This document shows, one piece after another, positions 20,455 to 31,329 of a stretch of DNA of 64,000 nt (positions are counted from its first letter, which is position 1; every line of letters begins with the position of its first letter). The notes beneath the pieces were generated by a model. The model saw nothing but the letters and a program-made list of their open reading frames with translations, was not told where the DNA came from and searched no databases. This stretch comes from Planctomycetaceae bacterium (GTDB taxonomy: Bacteria; Planctomycetota; Planctomycetia; Planctomycetales; Planctomycetaceae). The stretch is from NCBI GenBank assembly GCA_020426325.1, contig JAGQQG010000018.1:1-64000 (forward strand), given 5' to 3'. The translations under genes and the position numbers were made by a program.

Positions 20455-20509
20455 GGGAGGGAAGCGAACAGGGAACAGAAATAATCGGCCCACTGACAAC
20501 TGACCACCT

Positions 20510-22273
20510 TTGACATCATCACACCCCATCACTGAACGCATCCCCTGGTGGCGTCACCTGAGCTTTCCGCTGCTGGTGAAGGAGCTGACGGAGCAGGCAA
20601 ATCGCAGGCGGACGTATGTCGTGCGGTTCCTATATGCAGCAGTGCTGTTCGCACTGGGCGTTCTGGCGATTTCCGGTGATGCCAGTGGGAACGTGCGGCT
20701 CGGTGCGGGGCAGGAGATCTTTCACAATCTCGTGCAACTGCAGTTCTGGTTGATCCTGATCTTCCTCCCGGCGACGGCGAGCGGTGCCCTGACGATCGAG
20801 AAGGAGCGGGACACGCTTTCGCTGCTGCTGATCACCACGATCCCTCCGTGGTCAATCGTACTGCAGAAGTTTCTCAGCCGACTGCTGCCGATGTTGTCGT
20901 TCCTGCTGCTCGGATTTCCACTCCTGGCGGTGGCCTACAGCTACGGAGGAGTGGGGACTACCGAGTTGCTGGCCGCGATCGGCCTGCTGATGCTGTTCGC
21001 TGTGCAGGTCGCAGCCGTTGCGGTTTTCTGTTCGGTTTTCAGCAGAACAACAGGTGAGGCGTTCATCTCGACCTATCTGGTTCTCGCCGGAATGGCAGCG
21101 TTCGACATCTGGCCAATGACCCAATTTGCAACTCTTTCCTCGGGAGCGATCGGCATCGCCCTTGCAAGAGCCAGAATCCGCATCCTGATGACGCTGGGAG
21201 CAAGTGCCATCTGCCTCCTGCTTGGATCTTTGCTGTTGGAGCGTCGGGCCTTCCTCCCTCCTAGAAACCTGCTTCTGCAATTGTTCCGGCGACTCGACCG
21301 GTTTTACGAGGGGATGAATCAGGTCACCGGCGGCATTGTGCTCGTGAACGACGGCAACGAACTTCCGGAAGAGAAGCCGATCGCGTGGCGGGAAACATCC
21401 AAGAAGTCGCTCGGCACGGTCCGTTACCTGTTCCGCGTGCTGACGGTGCTGGAAGTGTCCATTCTGTGCGTGGCTGCATGGGTCAATCTGAATACGGTCA
21501 GTCAGAGGAATGAAATGTCTCAGCTGTTATTTATCCTGTGGGTTGTCAGTGCCACGATGCTGTGCGTGCATGCATCGGGAGTGATCGCATCGGAACGCTC
21601 CCATCAGACGTTGGACCCGCTGCTGACGACCCCATTAACCGGCGCCGATATCCTCCTGCAGAAGCTGGCCGGCGTCCGACGTCTCATCTTCGTGCTGCTC
21701 ATCTCGTTTGCATCGATCTATGGGTTTCAGACCTGGTTTCAGGGTTTCGACTTCGGTTACGCGTTGGTGTCGTTCGCCAGTGCTGTCATCTTTCTCTGGC
21801 TGATTGCCTGGGGGGCCTTGTGGATCGGTCTGCGGCTCAACTCCCCGATGAAGGCCGTGCTGACATCGATGATCGCTGTCGTTCTTGTCTGTGCAGTGCC
21901 GCTCGTACTCGAGTCGCTGCTGGGACGAATTTCTGTGCTGGATGAATTATCGATCCCACAGATCATCAGCAATGTCAGCCCAGTCAGGATCATCCAGGGG
22001 ATCGAAGCCGAGGGTCGATTCCGATTCATCCGGGACAACCGGCTGTTTTTCGTTAACCGAGGCTACATCACGTATCTTGTGCTGTCCGGGCTGCTGCTGA
22101 TCTACGGACTGCTCCTGTGGCTCATTCGCAGCAATTGTCTGAAGAATGCCGACGTGCTGCTGCAACGCATACCCGAAGACTCGAACGCACCGATCAATCC
22201 GATGACGGCTAAGGGAGCAGCCACCTCGGACCACATCTCTGACGCTGAACAGCTTGCTTCTGCGTCGGTGTGA
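20510..22273 (+). CDS. ABC-2 family transporter permease (large, multi-TM)
   Basis: 587 aa with ~10+ hydrophobic helices; N-terminal KELTEQANRRRTYVVRFLYAAVLFALGV typical of ABC-2 permeases; TTG start. Confidence 0.6.
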   Translation: MTSSHPITERIPWWRHLSFPLLVKELTEQANRRRTYVVRFLYAAVLFALGVLAISGDASGNVRLGAGQEIFHNLVQLQFWLILIFLPATASGALTIEKERDTLSLLLITTIPPWSIVLQKFLSRLLPMLSFLLLGFPLLAVAYSYGGVGTTELLAAIGLLMLFAVQVAAVAVFCSVFSRTTGEAFISTYLVLAGMAAFDIWPMTQFATLSSGAIGIALARARIRILMTLGASAICLLLGSLLLERRAFLPPRNLLLQLFRRLDRFYEGMNQVTGGIVLVNDGNELPEEKPIAWRETSKKSLGTVRYLFRVLTVLEVSILCVAAWVNLNTVSQRNEMSQLLFILWVVSATMLCVHASGVIASERSHQTLDPLLTTPLTGADILLQKLAGVRRLIFVLLISFASIYGFQTWFQGFDFGYALVSFASAVIFLWLIAWGALWIGLRLNSPMKAVLTSMIAVVLVCAVPLVLESLLGRISVLDELSIPQIISNVSPVRIIQGIEAEGRFRFIRDNRLFFVNRGYITYLVLSGLLLIYGLLLWLIRSNCLKNADVLLQRIPEDSNAPINPMTAKGAATSDHISDAEQLASASV

Positions 22274-22517
22274 TGACACGAGGTTGGGTCCGTACCTTTA
22301 CGGATGTCGCTGAACTCGCCAGAGTTCAGATCGACAAGGAGATTTCATGTGACTGAATTCTGGCGAATCCAGCGACAGCGAGAGTTGAAGCCCACTTTTG
22401 ACGGCCCCGGAACTCATCAGGACCGTGAATCACAAGCAGTTCGAACGGAGCCGATGATTGTGAGTGTTCTCAAGTTGCGTTGAGTGACCGTTTTCGGGCA
22501 GAATCTGTTGATCTTTG

Positions 22518-23825
22518 ATGCGGAAAGTCCGTTGTCAATCTGACCAAACAGTGTTTTCCCGTCCCTCTGCGACTGAGTCTCCCTCGATGTCGATTCAGGT
22601 CCGTTGTCAGTGCGGTCAACTGCTCGATGCGCCCGCAGAGGCTGCAGGCCACAAGGTCCGATGTCCGGTCTGTCGAGAACCGGTCAGCGTGCCCGAACCG
22701 ACTCGGAGACGCCGCTCAGGTCGGACACCATCCCCTCAGCCCGATGCTGATCTTGATCATTCAACGTCAAAACGTCCTCGACGTACGCCGAAGCAGCGGA
22801 AACGACGTCAGGAGTCCCACACCTCAGACGTACCGAAATCGCTGCCTCCCAAACAGGCCCCAACACGGGGCCCGAATGTCTTTCGCCCGACTGAAGAACG
22901 TGCGATCTCAGTCCCCGAGAAGCGACGCAAGAAGAAACCAATGAAGCCGGCTGCAGACTCGTCTGACTTGGGATTCATCACGAGCCTGATGTTCCCGTTC
23001 CGTACGGAAGCGATGCTGACGATCTGTGTGATGACGTTTCTTTACACGTGCATCATGGTGCCGATGCAGTTCCTGCATCTCCCCATGATGATGATGTCGC
23101 CCCGCATGATTGTGGGCGTGCTGTTCGTGATGATGCTCATTCAGGGATACTTTTGGCACTTTCTGTTCGAGGTACTCCGCATGGCAGCGTACAACGAACA
23201 GGACCTGCCGATGTCTGCCGCCTGGGAGCCGGAGAACATTTTCTATGACCTGGTGATTGCTGCGGGGGCCACGCTGGTGTCCTTCTTCCCTCTGATCGCC
23301 GGGGTATTTCTCTTCTGCTTTCAGTTCATTGCCGATCATCCATTCATTGCGACGCTCCTGATTGGAATTGGTCTCCTCTACCTCCCCATGGCCATGATTC
23401 AGGCGGTCTCGACGGCCTACATCTGGGTGCCGGCGATGGTTGAGAGTGCCACGTCCAGCCCGTTAAGTCTGGTGATTCACTTGATTCTGGCAGCACTCAT
23501 CGCCCTCCCGTGTCTGTATCTGCCGATGGCCCTGATGGCGAGCGTGCTGCATCAGTCGGTCCGTGCTGCTTTCCCGTGGTACGTGATCCCTGCGATGGTC
23601 CGCATGCCCTGGGCTTATCTGGAGACTCTGGTGCTCGTCATCGGGGTGGCCGGACTGACTGTCTTTCTCCAGTTTCTGGCGAATTACATCCCGGTTTTGG
23701 GCGTCTTTCTGGTCTGGTTCCTTGTCTTCACCGGCAATACAGCAATCATGCATCGACTGGGCGCGATGTATTACGAGAACCGTCACGCACTCGGATGGTT
23801 CCCCGACGGGCCTCGTGTTTACTGA
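22518..23825 (+). CDS. Zinc-ribbon domain fused to polytopic membrane domain; hypothetical
   Basis: N-terminal CQCGQ...(17 aa)...CPVC zinc ribbon, Arg/Lys/Pro-rich linker, then ~8 TM helices. Confidence 0.55.
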   Translation: MRKVRCQSDQTVFSRPSATESPSMSIQVRCQCGQLLDAPAEAAGHKVRCPVCREPVSVPEPTRRRRSGRTPSPQPDADLDHSTSKRPRRTPKQRKRRQESHTSDVPKSLPPKQAPTRGPNVFRPTEERAISVPEKRRKKKPMKPAADSSDLGFITSLMFPFRTEAMLTICVMTFLYTCIMVPMQFLHLPMMMMSPRMIVGVLFVMMLIQGYFWHFLFEVLRMAAYNEQDLPMSAAWEPENIFYDLVIAAGATLVSFFPLIAGVFLFCFQFIADHPFIATLLIGIGLLYLPMAMIQAVSTAYIWVPAMVESATSSPLSLVIHLILAALIALPCLYLPMALMASVLHQSVRAAFPWYVIPAMVRMPWAYLETLVLVIGVAGLTVFLQFLANYIPVLGVFLVWFLVFTGNTAIMHRLGAMYYENRHALGWFPDGPRVY

Positions 23826-23911
23826 AGGAGACCGAACGAACGTCAGTTGTCAGCCCCACGGGACTTCACTATCGTGGCTCGTCCCGCTGAACTCGCGGGA
23901 AACCTTAATTG

Positions 23912-24994
23912 ATGTTCTGCAACCCCAGACGGAGTCGTACTGTGGCGGAAAAGGTAGTCATTATTGGATCAGGACCGGCTGGGTGGGCTGCGGCGATCTA
24001 CACGTCCCGCGCGAATCTCGAACCGCTGCTCTTCGAAGGGGCCGCGACTCAGGAGAACTACAACATCGGTCGCCCCCCGCTCGGGCAGTTGGCGATCACC
24101 ACCGAAGTTGAGAACTACCCCGGTTTCCCCGCTGGCCCGCTCCAGCAATACCTCACGGGAAGTATTGACAAGAAGCTGCAATACCTCATGAATGAGGACG
24201 CAGGTCACGGGATCAGTGGTCCGAACCTGATGCTGCTCATGAAGCAGCAGGCAATCAACTTTGGGACACGAACACGAACGGAAGACATCACCACGGTTGA
24301 TTTCTCGTCCCGTCCGTTCAAGCTCACCACGGAAGGGGGCGAGGTCATCGAAGCACATGCGGTGATCGTCGCCACCGGAGCACGGGCCAATTACCTCGGG
24401 CTCGAATCGGAGAATCGTTTCAAGAACAAGGGGGTCTCCGCCTGTGCGGTCTGCGATGGGGCATTGCCTCGCTTTCGCGAACAGCCCTTGGTCGTCGTCG
24501 GTGGAGGCGACAGTGCGATGGAAGAGAGCGATTATCTCTCCAAATTCGCGAGCAAGGTGTACGTCGTGCATCGTCGAGACGAGTTCCGTGCCAGCAAGAT
24601 CATGGCCGACCGTGTGCTTGATAACCCCAAGATCGACGTGAAGTGGAGCACGGTCGTTGACGAGATTCTGGGAGACGATGAGCAGGGAGTGACAGCTGTC
24701 CGCCTGAGGAGCACCAAGGACGAATCGCAAACCGAAGAACTGAAAGTCTCCGGTTACTTCGCTGCCATCGGTCACACACCCAATACGAACTTCCTCGACG
24801 GCCAACTGGAAATGAACGAGAAGGGTTACGTAACTTGGACCGTTCCCTTCCGCACAAACACCAGCGTCGAAGGGGTCTTCGCTGCGGGGGACGTGGCCGA
24901 TGACAACTATCGCCAGGCGATCACAGCTGCCGGCAGCGGCTGCATGGCGGCCCTCGATGCCGAACGCTGGCTCGCAGCCCAGGGACACCATTGA
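23912..24994 (+). CDS. trxB: Thioredoxin-disulfide reductase
   Basis: FAD motif [16 protein letters not shown], redox CAVCDG, NADPH motif [17 protein letters not shown]; ~25-aa insertion relative to canonical TrxB. Confidence 0.9.
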   Translation: MFCNPRRSRTVAEKVVIIGSGPAGWAAAIYTSRANLEPLLFEGAATQENYNIGRPPLGQLAITTEVENYPGFPAGPLQQYLTGSIDKKLQYLMNEDAGHGISGPNLMLLMKQQAINFGTRTRTEDITTVDFSSRPFKLTTEGGEVIEAHAVIVATGARANYLGLESENRFKNKGVSACAVCDGALPRFREQPLVVVGGGDSAMEESDYLSKFASKVYVVHRRDEFRASKIMADRVLDNPKIDVKWSTVVDEILGDDEQGVTAVRLRSTKDESQTEELKVSGYFAAIGHTPNTNFLDGQLEMNEKGYVTWTVPFRTNTSVEGVFAAGDVADDNYRQAITAAGSGCMAALDAERWLAAQGHH

Positions 24995-25064
24995 CATCCT
25001 TTGGAGTTCGAGGTTCCAAAGAAGCCACGTTCTCCAGTGAGACTCCTCCATCTAGATTACACCA

Positions 25065-25643
25065 GTGTCAGAAGAACAACGACCTGTTGATACCGACCGT
25101 ATCGAACGAGCGGTGCGAGAGATCCTCGAAGCGATCGGCGAAGATCCGGACCGTTCGAGTTTGCGGGAGACACCCGCTCGTGTGGCGCGGATGTATGCGG
25201 AGTTATTCTCCGGATTACACAGCGACCCGGCCCGGCATCTGCACCGCGTGTTCGAGGAGACGTACGATGAACTCGTGCTCGTGCGGGACATCAGTTTCAA
25301 CAGCATGTGTGAGCACCATTTGCTCCCATTCATGGGGGTCGCACACGTTGGCTATCTGCCACGCGGCAAAGTGGTCGGACTGAGCAAACTGGCCCGCATC
25401 GTCGATGAGATCTCCCGGCGTCCGCAGGTGCAGGAACGGATGACTCATCAGATTGCTGACCTCATGAACGCGGAACTGGATGCCAAGGGAGTCGTCGTCG
25501 TCATCGAAGCGGAGCACACCTGCATGACGATCCGTGGCGTGCGGAAGCCCGGAAGCCTGACGGTCACGAGTGCGGTCCGGGGCCTGTTCAAGACAAATCA
25601 ATCGAGCCGCGCCGAAGTCTTCTCGCTCATCAACCGCTCATGA
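25065..25643 (+). CDS. folE: GTP cyclohydrolase I
   Basis: GTG start at 25065; diagnostic blocks [47 protein letters not shown]. Confidence 0.92.
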   Translation: MSEEQRPVDTDRIERAVREILEAIGEDPDRSSLRETPARVARMYAELFSGLHSDPARHLHRVFEETYDELVLVRDISFNSMCEHHLLPFMGVAHVGYLPRGKVVGLSKLARIVDEISRRPQVQERMTHQIADLMNAELDAKGVVVVIEAEHTCMTIRGVRKPGSLTVTSAVRGLFKTNQSSRAEVFSLINRS

Positions 25644-26410
25644 TTTCGCTGTTCTGCTGCCGATTGATCTGCGGTGCGGCCATGTGCTGGGCCTTGATGC
25701 CTCGACAACTGGTAACCGCTGGGTTCTTCCGAATTCAGCATCTCGTTGTGCTTGGCCTGAGCGTTCTGGCTACCATGACGCTTTCGGCTGGGTACGGTCC
25801 AGAAGCTGAGACGTTGATTCCCAGCGGCGTGACTCGGGGTGTCCTCATTACGATCGCGGTCGTCGCTTACGTGGGGTCCGTCATCTGGACCCTCGGGCGA
25901 AGACGACTTGGACTCGGTTCGATCTTGCTGATTCTGGGACTTTCCTGCCTGGCCGTTCTGGGAAGTCAGCCATTATTCACAACTTCAGCAGAGCTCACAC
26001 GAACTCTGGTTGTGGTCAGTGAATTCACCTCAGCATGGCTGATCGGAACTGCAGTCACCGGGATGTTGCTTGGACACTGGTACCTCACCGCAACATCCAT
26101 GTCGCTGACGCCTTTGATTCGACTGAACCAGTTTTTTCTCTCGGCTTCAGTCTTGCGAGCCGTTGTGGTGGGTGTGGGGCTTGCGACCTGTCCGTCATCA
26201 TTGTCGGACACCACTCATCTGATCTGGCTATTGTTGAGATGGCTGAGCGGCATCCTTGGTCCGTTCGTCATGTCGCTGCTGATCTGGAGGATTCTCAAGT
26301 ACCGCAACACGCAATCTGCAACAGGCGTCTGGTTTGCGGGTGTCATCCTGGTATTCATGGGTGAGATGGCAGCCACGCTGCTCTCGAACGAAGTGGGCTA
26401 TCCACTTTGA
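25640..26410 (+). CDS. Hypothetical polytopic membrane protein
   Basis: 256 aa, 7-8 hydrophobic helices; ATGA overlap with folE stop. Confidence 0.5.
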   Translation: MISLFCCRLICGAAMCWALMPRQLVTAGFFRIQHLVVLGLSVLATMTLSAGYGPEAETLIPSGVTRGVLITIAVVAYVGSVIWTLGRRRLGLGSILLILGLSCLAVLGSQPLFTTSAELTRTLVVVSEFTSAWLIGTAVTGMLLGHWYLTATSMSLTPLIRLNQFFLSASVLRAVVVGVGLATCPSSLSDTTHLIWLLLRWLSGILGPFVMSLLIWRILKYRNTQSATGVWFAGVILVFMGEMAATLLSNEVGYPL

Positions 26411-26419
26411 TTGGGATTG

Positions 26420-27856
26420 TCACATGATGGGAGCGAAGAGCCGACAGACGTTCTCCGCCAGGACGTGACGTGCGGGTCTTCGCCGCCAAATGTCTTCACG
26501 GATCATCCGTGCGTGCTGAAGGTCTTTCTCGTAGTGCTCCTCCAGTTGCCGGGCGAGTTCCTGATCATAGATCGCGACCCCGACTTCAAAGTTCAGCAGC
26601 AAACTCCTCGCATCGAAATTCGGAGAGCCGATCAGCGACCAGTTACCGTCAATCGTCAGTGTCTTCGAGTGCAGGATGCCCCGTTTGTATTCATGAATGG
26701 TCACACCGGAACTCAGCAGCGACTCGTAGTACGACCGCCCCGCGAGGACGACAGCACGATGAGCAGACCTGCCAGCAAGCAGTAGCCTCACCTCGACTCC
26801 GCGACGAGCGGCCGTCTCGAGCGCCATCACCAGTGGCTCGGTCGGTACGAAGTAGGATGTCGCCAGGGTCACTCGATGCCGCGCTTCATTGATCGCGGTG
26901 AACATCAATGCATGAAAAGTCCGAATGTTGCCGATGGGGCCGCCACTCACCACCTGAGCGATCACATCCCCCTCGATCGCAGGCTGCGGGAATTTCTCGG
27001 GTGAAGTCAGTTCCTCGCCAGTGGCATAGTACCAGTCCTCGGCGAACACCTGCTGAAGCTGCAGGACCGTCGGCCCCTGTAATTGCAGATGGGTGTCGCG
27101 CCAGTAGCCCAATGCCTTGTTTCGGCCGAGGTACTCATCGCCAATGTTCATCCCTCCTGTGAAACCGACTTTGCCATCCACGATGACGATTTTACGATGG
27201 CTACGCAGGTTGATGGACCACTTGGCCCGCAGCGAATGACCGGAGTGAAAGGGGGCAACGGTAATGCCCGCATCCAGCATCGGCCGCAAGAATCCGCGGC
27301 TGAGGAACAACGAGCCAATGCCGTCGTAGAGGAACCTCACCTTCACACCCGAGTTCGCCTTCTCGATCAGCAGATCACGAAGACGAGTCCCCGACTTGTC
27401 CGCCCGCCAGATGTAGTACTCCAGGTGCAGCGACTCCTCCGCTGCCATTACGGCTTCTTCAATGCGACGAAACGTCACGTTGGTGTCGATGAGGAGACGG
27501 ATCTGATTCCCGTCCGTCGGGATGGTGTGACATCCTTCGGAAGCGAGCTTCATCAACCGGATCTGTTGATCGTTGAGCTTCTTCTCCGTTTCGAGTCGAT
27601 AGCGATCAAGCTCGGGCAGATGCTCGTGGATATCCCGTGAGGCGGCTTCAATCTTCCGTGCGCGTCGATCGACACGATTGATTCCGAAGACGAGATATAA
27701 CACGCCCCCCACGTAGGGGAGCATGACGATCGCCAGAATCCAGGCGATGGTTGCAGCGGGCTGCCGCCTTCGACTGAGAATCACCCAGCGAATCAAAAGC
27801 AACGTCACGAGATAGCCAACGACGAGACTGATCGCCGTACGGAAATCCATCGTCAC
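26420..27856 (-). CDS. cls: Cardiolipin synthase (PLD superfamily)
   Basis: Two HKD motifs (HRKIVIVDGKVGFTGGMNIGDEY; HSKTLTIDGNWSLIGSPNFDARS) and N-terminal TM helices. Confidence 0.88.
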   Translation of the reverse strand: MTMDFRTAISLVVGYLVTLLLIRWVILSRRRQPAATIAWILAIVMLPYVGGVLYLVFGINRVDRRARKIEAASRDIHEHLPELDRYRLETEKKLNDQQIRLMKLASEGCHTIPTDGNQIRLLIDTNVTFRRIEEAVMAAEESLHLEYYIWRADKSGTRLRDLLIEKANSGVKVRFLYDGIGSLFLSRGFLRPMLDAGITVAPFHSGHSLRAKWSINLRSHRKIVIVDGKVGFTGGMNIGDEYLGRNKALGYWRDTHLQLQGPTVLQLQQVFAEDWYYATGEELTSPEKFPQPAIEGDVIAQVVSGGPIGNIRTFHALMFTAINEARHRVTLATSYFVPTEPLVMALETAARRGVEVRLLLAGRSAHRAVVLAGRSYYESLLSSGVTIHEYKRGILHSKTLTIDGNWSLIGSPNFDARSLLLNFEVGVAIYDQELARQLEEHYEKDLQHARMIREDIWRRRPARHVLAENVCRLFAPIM

Positions 27857-27969
27857 GCCTCAATTGGCCGAAAGGCTGGTTGTGAACGAACTCTTGGGAG
27901 TCACAGGATCATCATGCAGAGGATTCTGTGACTTTTCCATTGCAACCACCTCAGTTCGCTTCACGAAGA

Positions 27970-28995
27970 TCACTTGAGGAATTCGCGAGCCTCGTCCATG
28001 AACTCCGGATACAACGTGCGCATCTGGCCAACTGCTTCCGCCAATGGGACAGCAACAATCTGCAATCCGCGAAGGGCGACCATCTTGCCGAAGTTCCCGG
28101 CGATCGCTTCGCGAGCAGCGTGAATGCCCAGACGAGTACCGAGCACCCGGTCATAAGCGCTGGGGGAGCCACCTCGCTGAAGATGGCCCAGTGTGACCTC
28201 ACGGGTCTCAATTCCCGTCGCCTTGCCAATCATTTCGGCCACTCGTTTGCCGATGCCCCCCAGTTGCTCGTGGCCAAACTCGTCGGTCTTCCCCCCTTGA
28301 GTCACGGTCTGGCCTTTGAGCTTGGCACCTTCGCTGACCATGACGATCCCATAGTTCTTGCCATCCGCCTTACGACGAGACAAGCGAGTGCACAATTCGT
28401 CCATGTCGCACTCCTCTTCGGGCACGAGGATCGCATCTGCTGCGACTGCGATCCCGGCAAAGCATGTGATCCAGCCGGCATGCCGTCCCATGCATTCGAC
28501 GACCATGATGCGACGGTGTGACTCCGCCGTCGTGCGGAGTTTGTCGACAGCGTCCATGACCGTGTTCAGGCACGTATCGAAACCGAAGGTGAAGTCGGTG
28601 CTGCTGAGGTCGTTATCGATCGTCTTGGGACAGCCAATCGTGGGCAACTGGTGATCGTGATACAGCTTGCTGGCCACGCCCAGCGTATCATCGCCGCCGA
28701 TTGCGATCAGGGCATCCAGCTCCAGTTTGTGGAATGTCTCGATGACCTGAGCAACGGTGTCCGTCGACTTATAGGGATTGGTTCTCGACGATCCGAGAAT
28801 CGTTCCGCCTTTGGGGAGAATCTCGTCTGTTTCTTGAGGATTGAGTTCGATGATGTTCCCCTCAATCGCACCGCGCCAGCCCTCGAGCATGCCGACGGTT
28901 GTTCCTCCTGCGTTGTGAATCGTTCGTACCACGGCTCGAATCACGGCATTCAGGCCCGGGCAGTCTCCTCCGCCAGTCAGTACGGCAGCTTTCAT
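27970..28995 (-). CDS. pfk: 6-phosphofructokinase, probably PPi-dependent
   Basis: PFK blocks [39 protein letters not shown]; GGDD and PKTIDND variants match PPi-PFK signatures. Confidence 0.88.
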   Translation of the reverse strand: MKAAVLTGGGDCPGLNAVIRAVVRTIHNAGGTTVGMLEGWRGAIEGNIIELNPQETDEILPKGGTILGSSRTNPYKSTDTVAQVIETFHKLELDALIAIGGDDTLGVASKLYHDHQLPTIGCPKTIDNDLSSTDFTFGFDTCLNTVMDAVDKLRTTAESHRRIMVVECMGRHAGWITCFAGIAVAADAILVPEEECDMDELCTRLSRRKADGKNYGIVMVSEGAKLKGQTVTQGGKTDEFGHEQLGGIGKRVAEMIGKATGIETREVTLGHLQRGGSPSAYDRVLGTRLGIHAAREAIAGNFGKMVALRGLQIVAVPLAEAVGQMRTLYPEFMDEAREFLK

Positions 28996-29153
28996 GTGTC
29001 TCGCTCCTATTCTGTTCTAATCTGTTCCAAAAAGGTAGGTCTATACGTGGAGTGACCGCGTTCGGGTGAGGTCAACTCCCAGCCACTGGTCGTGGCTTTG
29101 TTTGATGATTTGTGATTGACCGATGCTCGTTGAAGGATCTGCCTGTCGTTTCA

Positions 29154-30491
29154 CTACCAGGTTCGTTCGACAAACTTTGTATCCCCTTTTCCATCGATGA
29201 ACGTGGTGTGATCCAGGATCTTCATGGCCAATGGAATGGTCGACTTGACCCCTTCAATCACAAACTCGGCGAGCGCCCTTCGCGCACAGGCGATTGCTTC
29301 CAGACGAGTTGGTCGGTGTACGATCAACTTGCCAATCATCGAATCATAGTACGGGCTGATTCGATACCCCTCGTAGACGTGCGAGTCGAACCTCACTCCG
29401 GGTCCACCAGGGATACGTAATTTTGTAATCGTTCCCGGACTTCCCCGAAAGTCATTCTCCGGGTCTTCCGCGTTGATTCTGACTTCGAGAGCTGCCCCAT
29501 GACAGGGAATGTCCGCCTGCTGGAAGGCCAGATTTTCTCCGGCAGCGACTCGGATCTGCTGCTGGATAAGGTCAATTCCAGTCACCATCTCCGTGACCGG
29601 ATGTTCGACCTGAATACGAGCGTTCACTTCAATGAAGTAGAAGTTGTTATCGGGATCAACGATGAACTCAACTGTGCCGGCGTTGGTATATCCCGCTTCC
29701 GCGGTTAGCCTGACTGCAGACTCACAGATCTCGTCCCGGATCGACTGCGGCAGGTTGGTCGCCGGACTCTCCTCGATCAGCTTCTGATGACGCCGCTGCA
29801 TTGTGCAATCGCGTTCCCAGAGATGCACGATGTGCCCGTGTTGATCTGCAAGAACCTGCACCTCAACATGCCGCGGCTTCTCGATCAGCTTCTCGATGTA
29901 GACTCCCGCATTCTTGAAGGCTTTCTCGGCTTCAGCAGCGGCGGCTTTGAGTTCGGACCTCAGCGTGATGTCATTTCGTGCGGGCCGGATCCCCTTTCCT
30001 CCTCCGCCTGCTGTGGCCTTGATCAACACCGGATAACCGATCTGCTCAGCGACCTTGAGTGCCTCCGCCTCGCTGGTGATGAGTCCCTCGCTACCGGGGA
30101 CACAGGGGACATTGGCAGCAGCAGCAATCCGACGTGCCTCGACTTTGTCTCCCAACTTGGCCATCGCCTCGTGCGGCGGACCGATGAACTCGATCTGGGA
30201 ATCGCGACACACTTCAGCAAAATGGGCATTCTCTGCAAGGAAGCCGTAACCGGGATGAATCGCCTGCACGTTCCCGACTTCCGCAGCACTGATGACGCGG
30301 TCGATCTTCAGATAGCTTTCGCTGGCCTGGGCCGGACCAATACAGAAGGCTTCATCAGCCAGATCCAGGTAGTGAGCCCCTCTGTCGGCCTCACTGAACA
30401 CGGCGACAGTTTCCACGCCCAGTTCCCTGCAGGCACGGATGACTCGCAGCGCAATCTCACCACGGTTCGCAATTAAAATCCGTTGAAACAT
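29154..30491 (-). CDS. accC: Acetyl-CoA carboxylase biotin carboxylase subunit
   Basis: [26 protein letters not shown]-terminus, ATP-grasp motifs, 445 aa; directly downstream of accB. Confidence 0.95.
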   Translation of the reverse strand: MFQRILIANRGEIALRVIRACRELGVETVAVFSEADRGAHYLDLADEAFCIGPAQASESYLKIDRVISAAEVGNVQAIHPGYGFLAENAHFAEVCRDSQIEFIGPPHEAMAKLGDKVEARRIAAAANVPCVPGSEGLITSEAEALKVAEQIGYPVLIKATAGGGGKGIRPARNDITLRSELKAAAAEAEKAFKNAGVYIEKLIEKPRHVEVQVLADQHGHIVHLWERDCTMQRRHQKLIEESPATNLPQSIRDEICESAVRLTAEAGYTNAGTVEFIVDPDNNFYFIEVNARIQVEHPVTEMVTGIDLIQQQIRVAAGENLAFQQADIPCHGAALEVRINAEDPENDFRGSPGTITKLRIPGGPGVRFDSHVYEGYRISPYYDSMIGKLIVHRPTRLEAIACARRALAEFVIEGVKSTIPLAMKILDHTTFIDGKGDTKFVERTW

Positions 30492-30595
30492 GTCGCCTTC
30501 TCAGCTGTCGTTTCCCGACTGCAGCTCGTCTGACTGAAATGGGAATTGCGTGGATATTGAATCTCATCCGCGTATCACGTCATGGTCGTTCGGTC

Positions 30596-31108
30596 TCAAT
30601 CCGGCTTGACGCGGAACAATGCCTGACCAAACTCGACAGCGTCGCCATCCTGAATCAGGATCTGGCGGACCGTTCCGCTGACCTCCGCCGGGATTTGATT
30701 GAAAACTTTCATGGCTTCAACAATACAGACAACCTTCTCGGGTGTGACACGATCGCCGACGCTGACAAACGGCGGATCTCCCGGCTGTGGTGCCCCATAA
30801 AACGTCCCGACGGTCGGGCTGGTAATCTCAATGAGACCCGCATCTGTAGTTCCGGCAGCTGGTTCAGCAGGACCAGTACTCACCGGGGCGGAAGACGGCA
30901 CAGCCGACATAGGAGCGTGAACCATTGGCGGTAACCCTAAAGGCATGGCCCCTCCAGCGGCAAACTGCGGACCGCGTCTCAGAACCCACTTCTGGTCGCC
31001 CCCTTTGAGTTTCACCTCCGTCAGGTCGTGCTTCTCCATGAGGCGAATCAGCTGTTTCAGCTGTTCGAGGTCAAAAGAATCCTCAGCCGGTTGCCCCTTA
31101 TCTGCCAT
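30596..31108 (-). CDS. accB: Biotin carboxyl carrier protein
   Basis: C-terminal biotinyl domain with EAMKV (EAMKM-type) lysine motif and Pro/Ala-rich linker. Confidence 0.88.
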   Translation of the reverse strand: MADKGQPAEDSFDLEQLKQLIRLMEKHDLTEVKLKGGDQKWVLRRGPQFAAGGAMPLGLPPMVHAPMSAVPSSAPVSTGPAEPAAGTTDAGLIEITSPTVGTFYGAPQPGDPPFVSVGDRVTPEKVVCIVEAMKVFNQIPAEVSGTVRQILIQDGDAVEFGQALFRVKPD

Positions 31109-31329
31109 CTGTGTTTTACCTTCCCGGTCTCAGTCGACTTGTGACTGCCCATTCCTCATGGACGACCACTGTGCGGCATCCGATTATTTTCTGTCGATCC
31201 AGTTGTTTGGAGCCTGCGCCGATCACGACTGTCGATGACCTTTGCAGGAGATGAGCAATGTCCATCAGCCCGGTTATATCTCCAGGGCCGATTGGCTCAT
31301 CGTGAGGAGGCTAACGCACGTTTGGCCCA

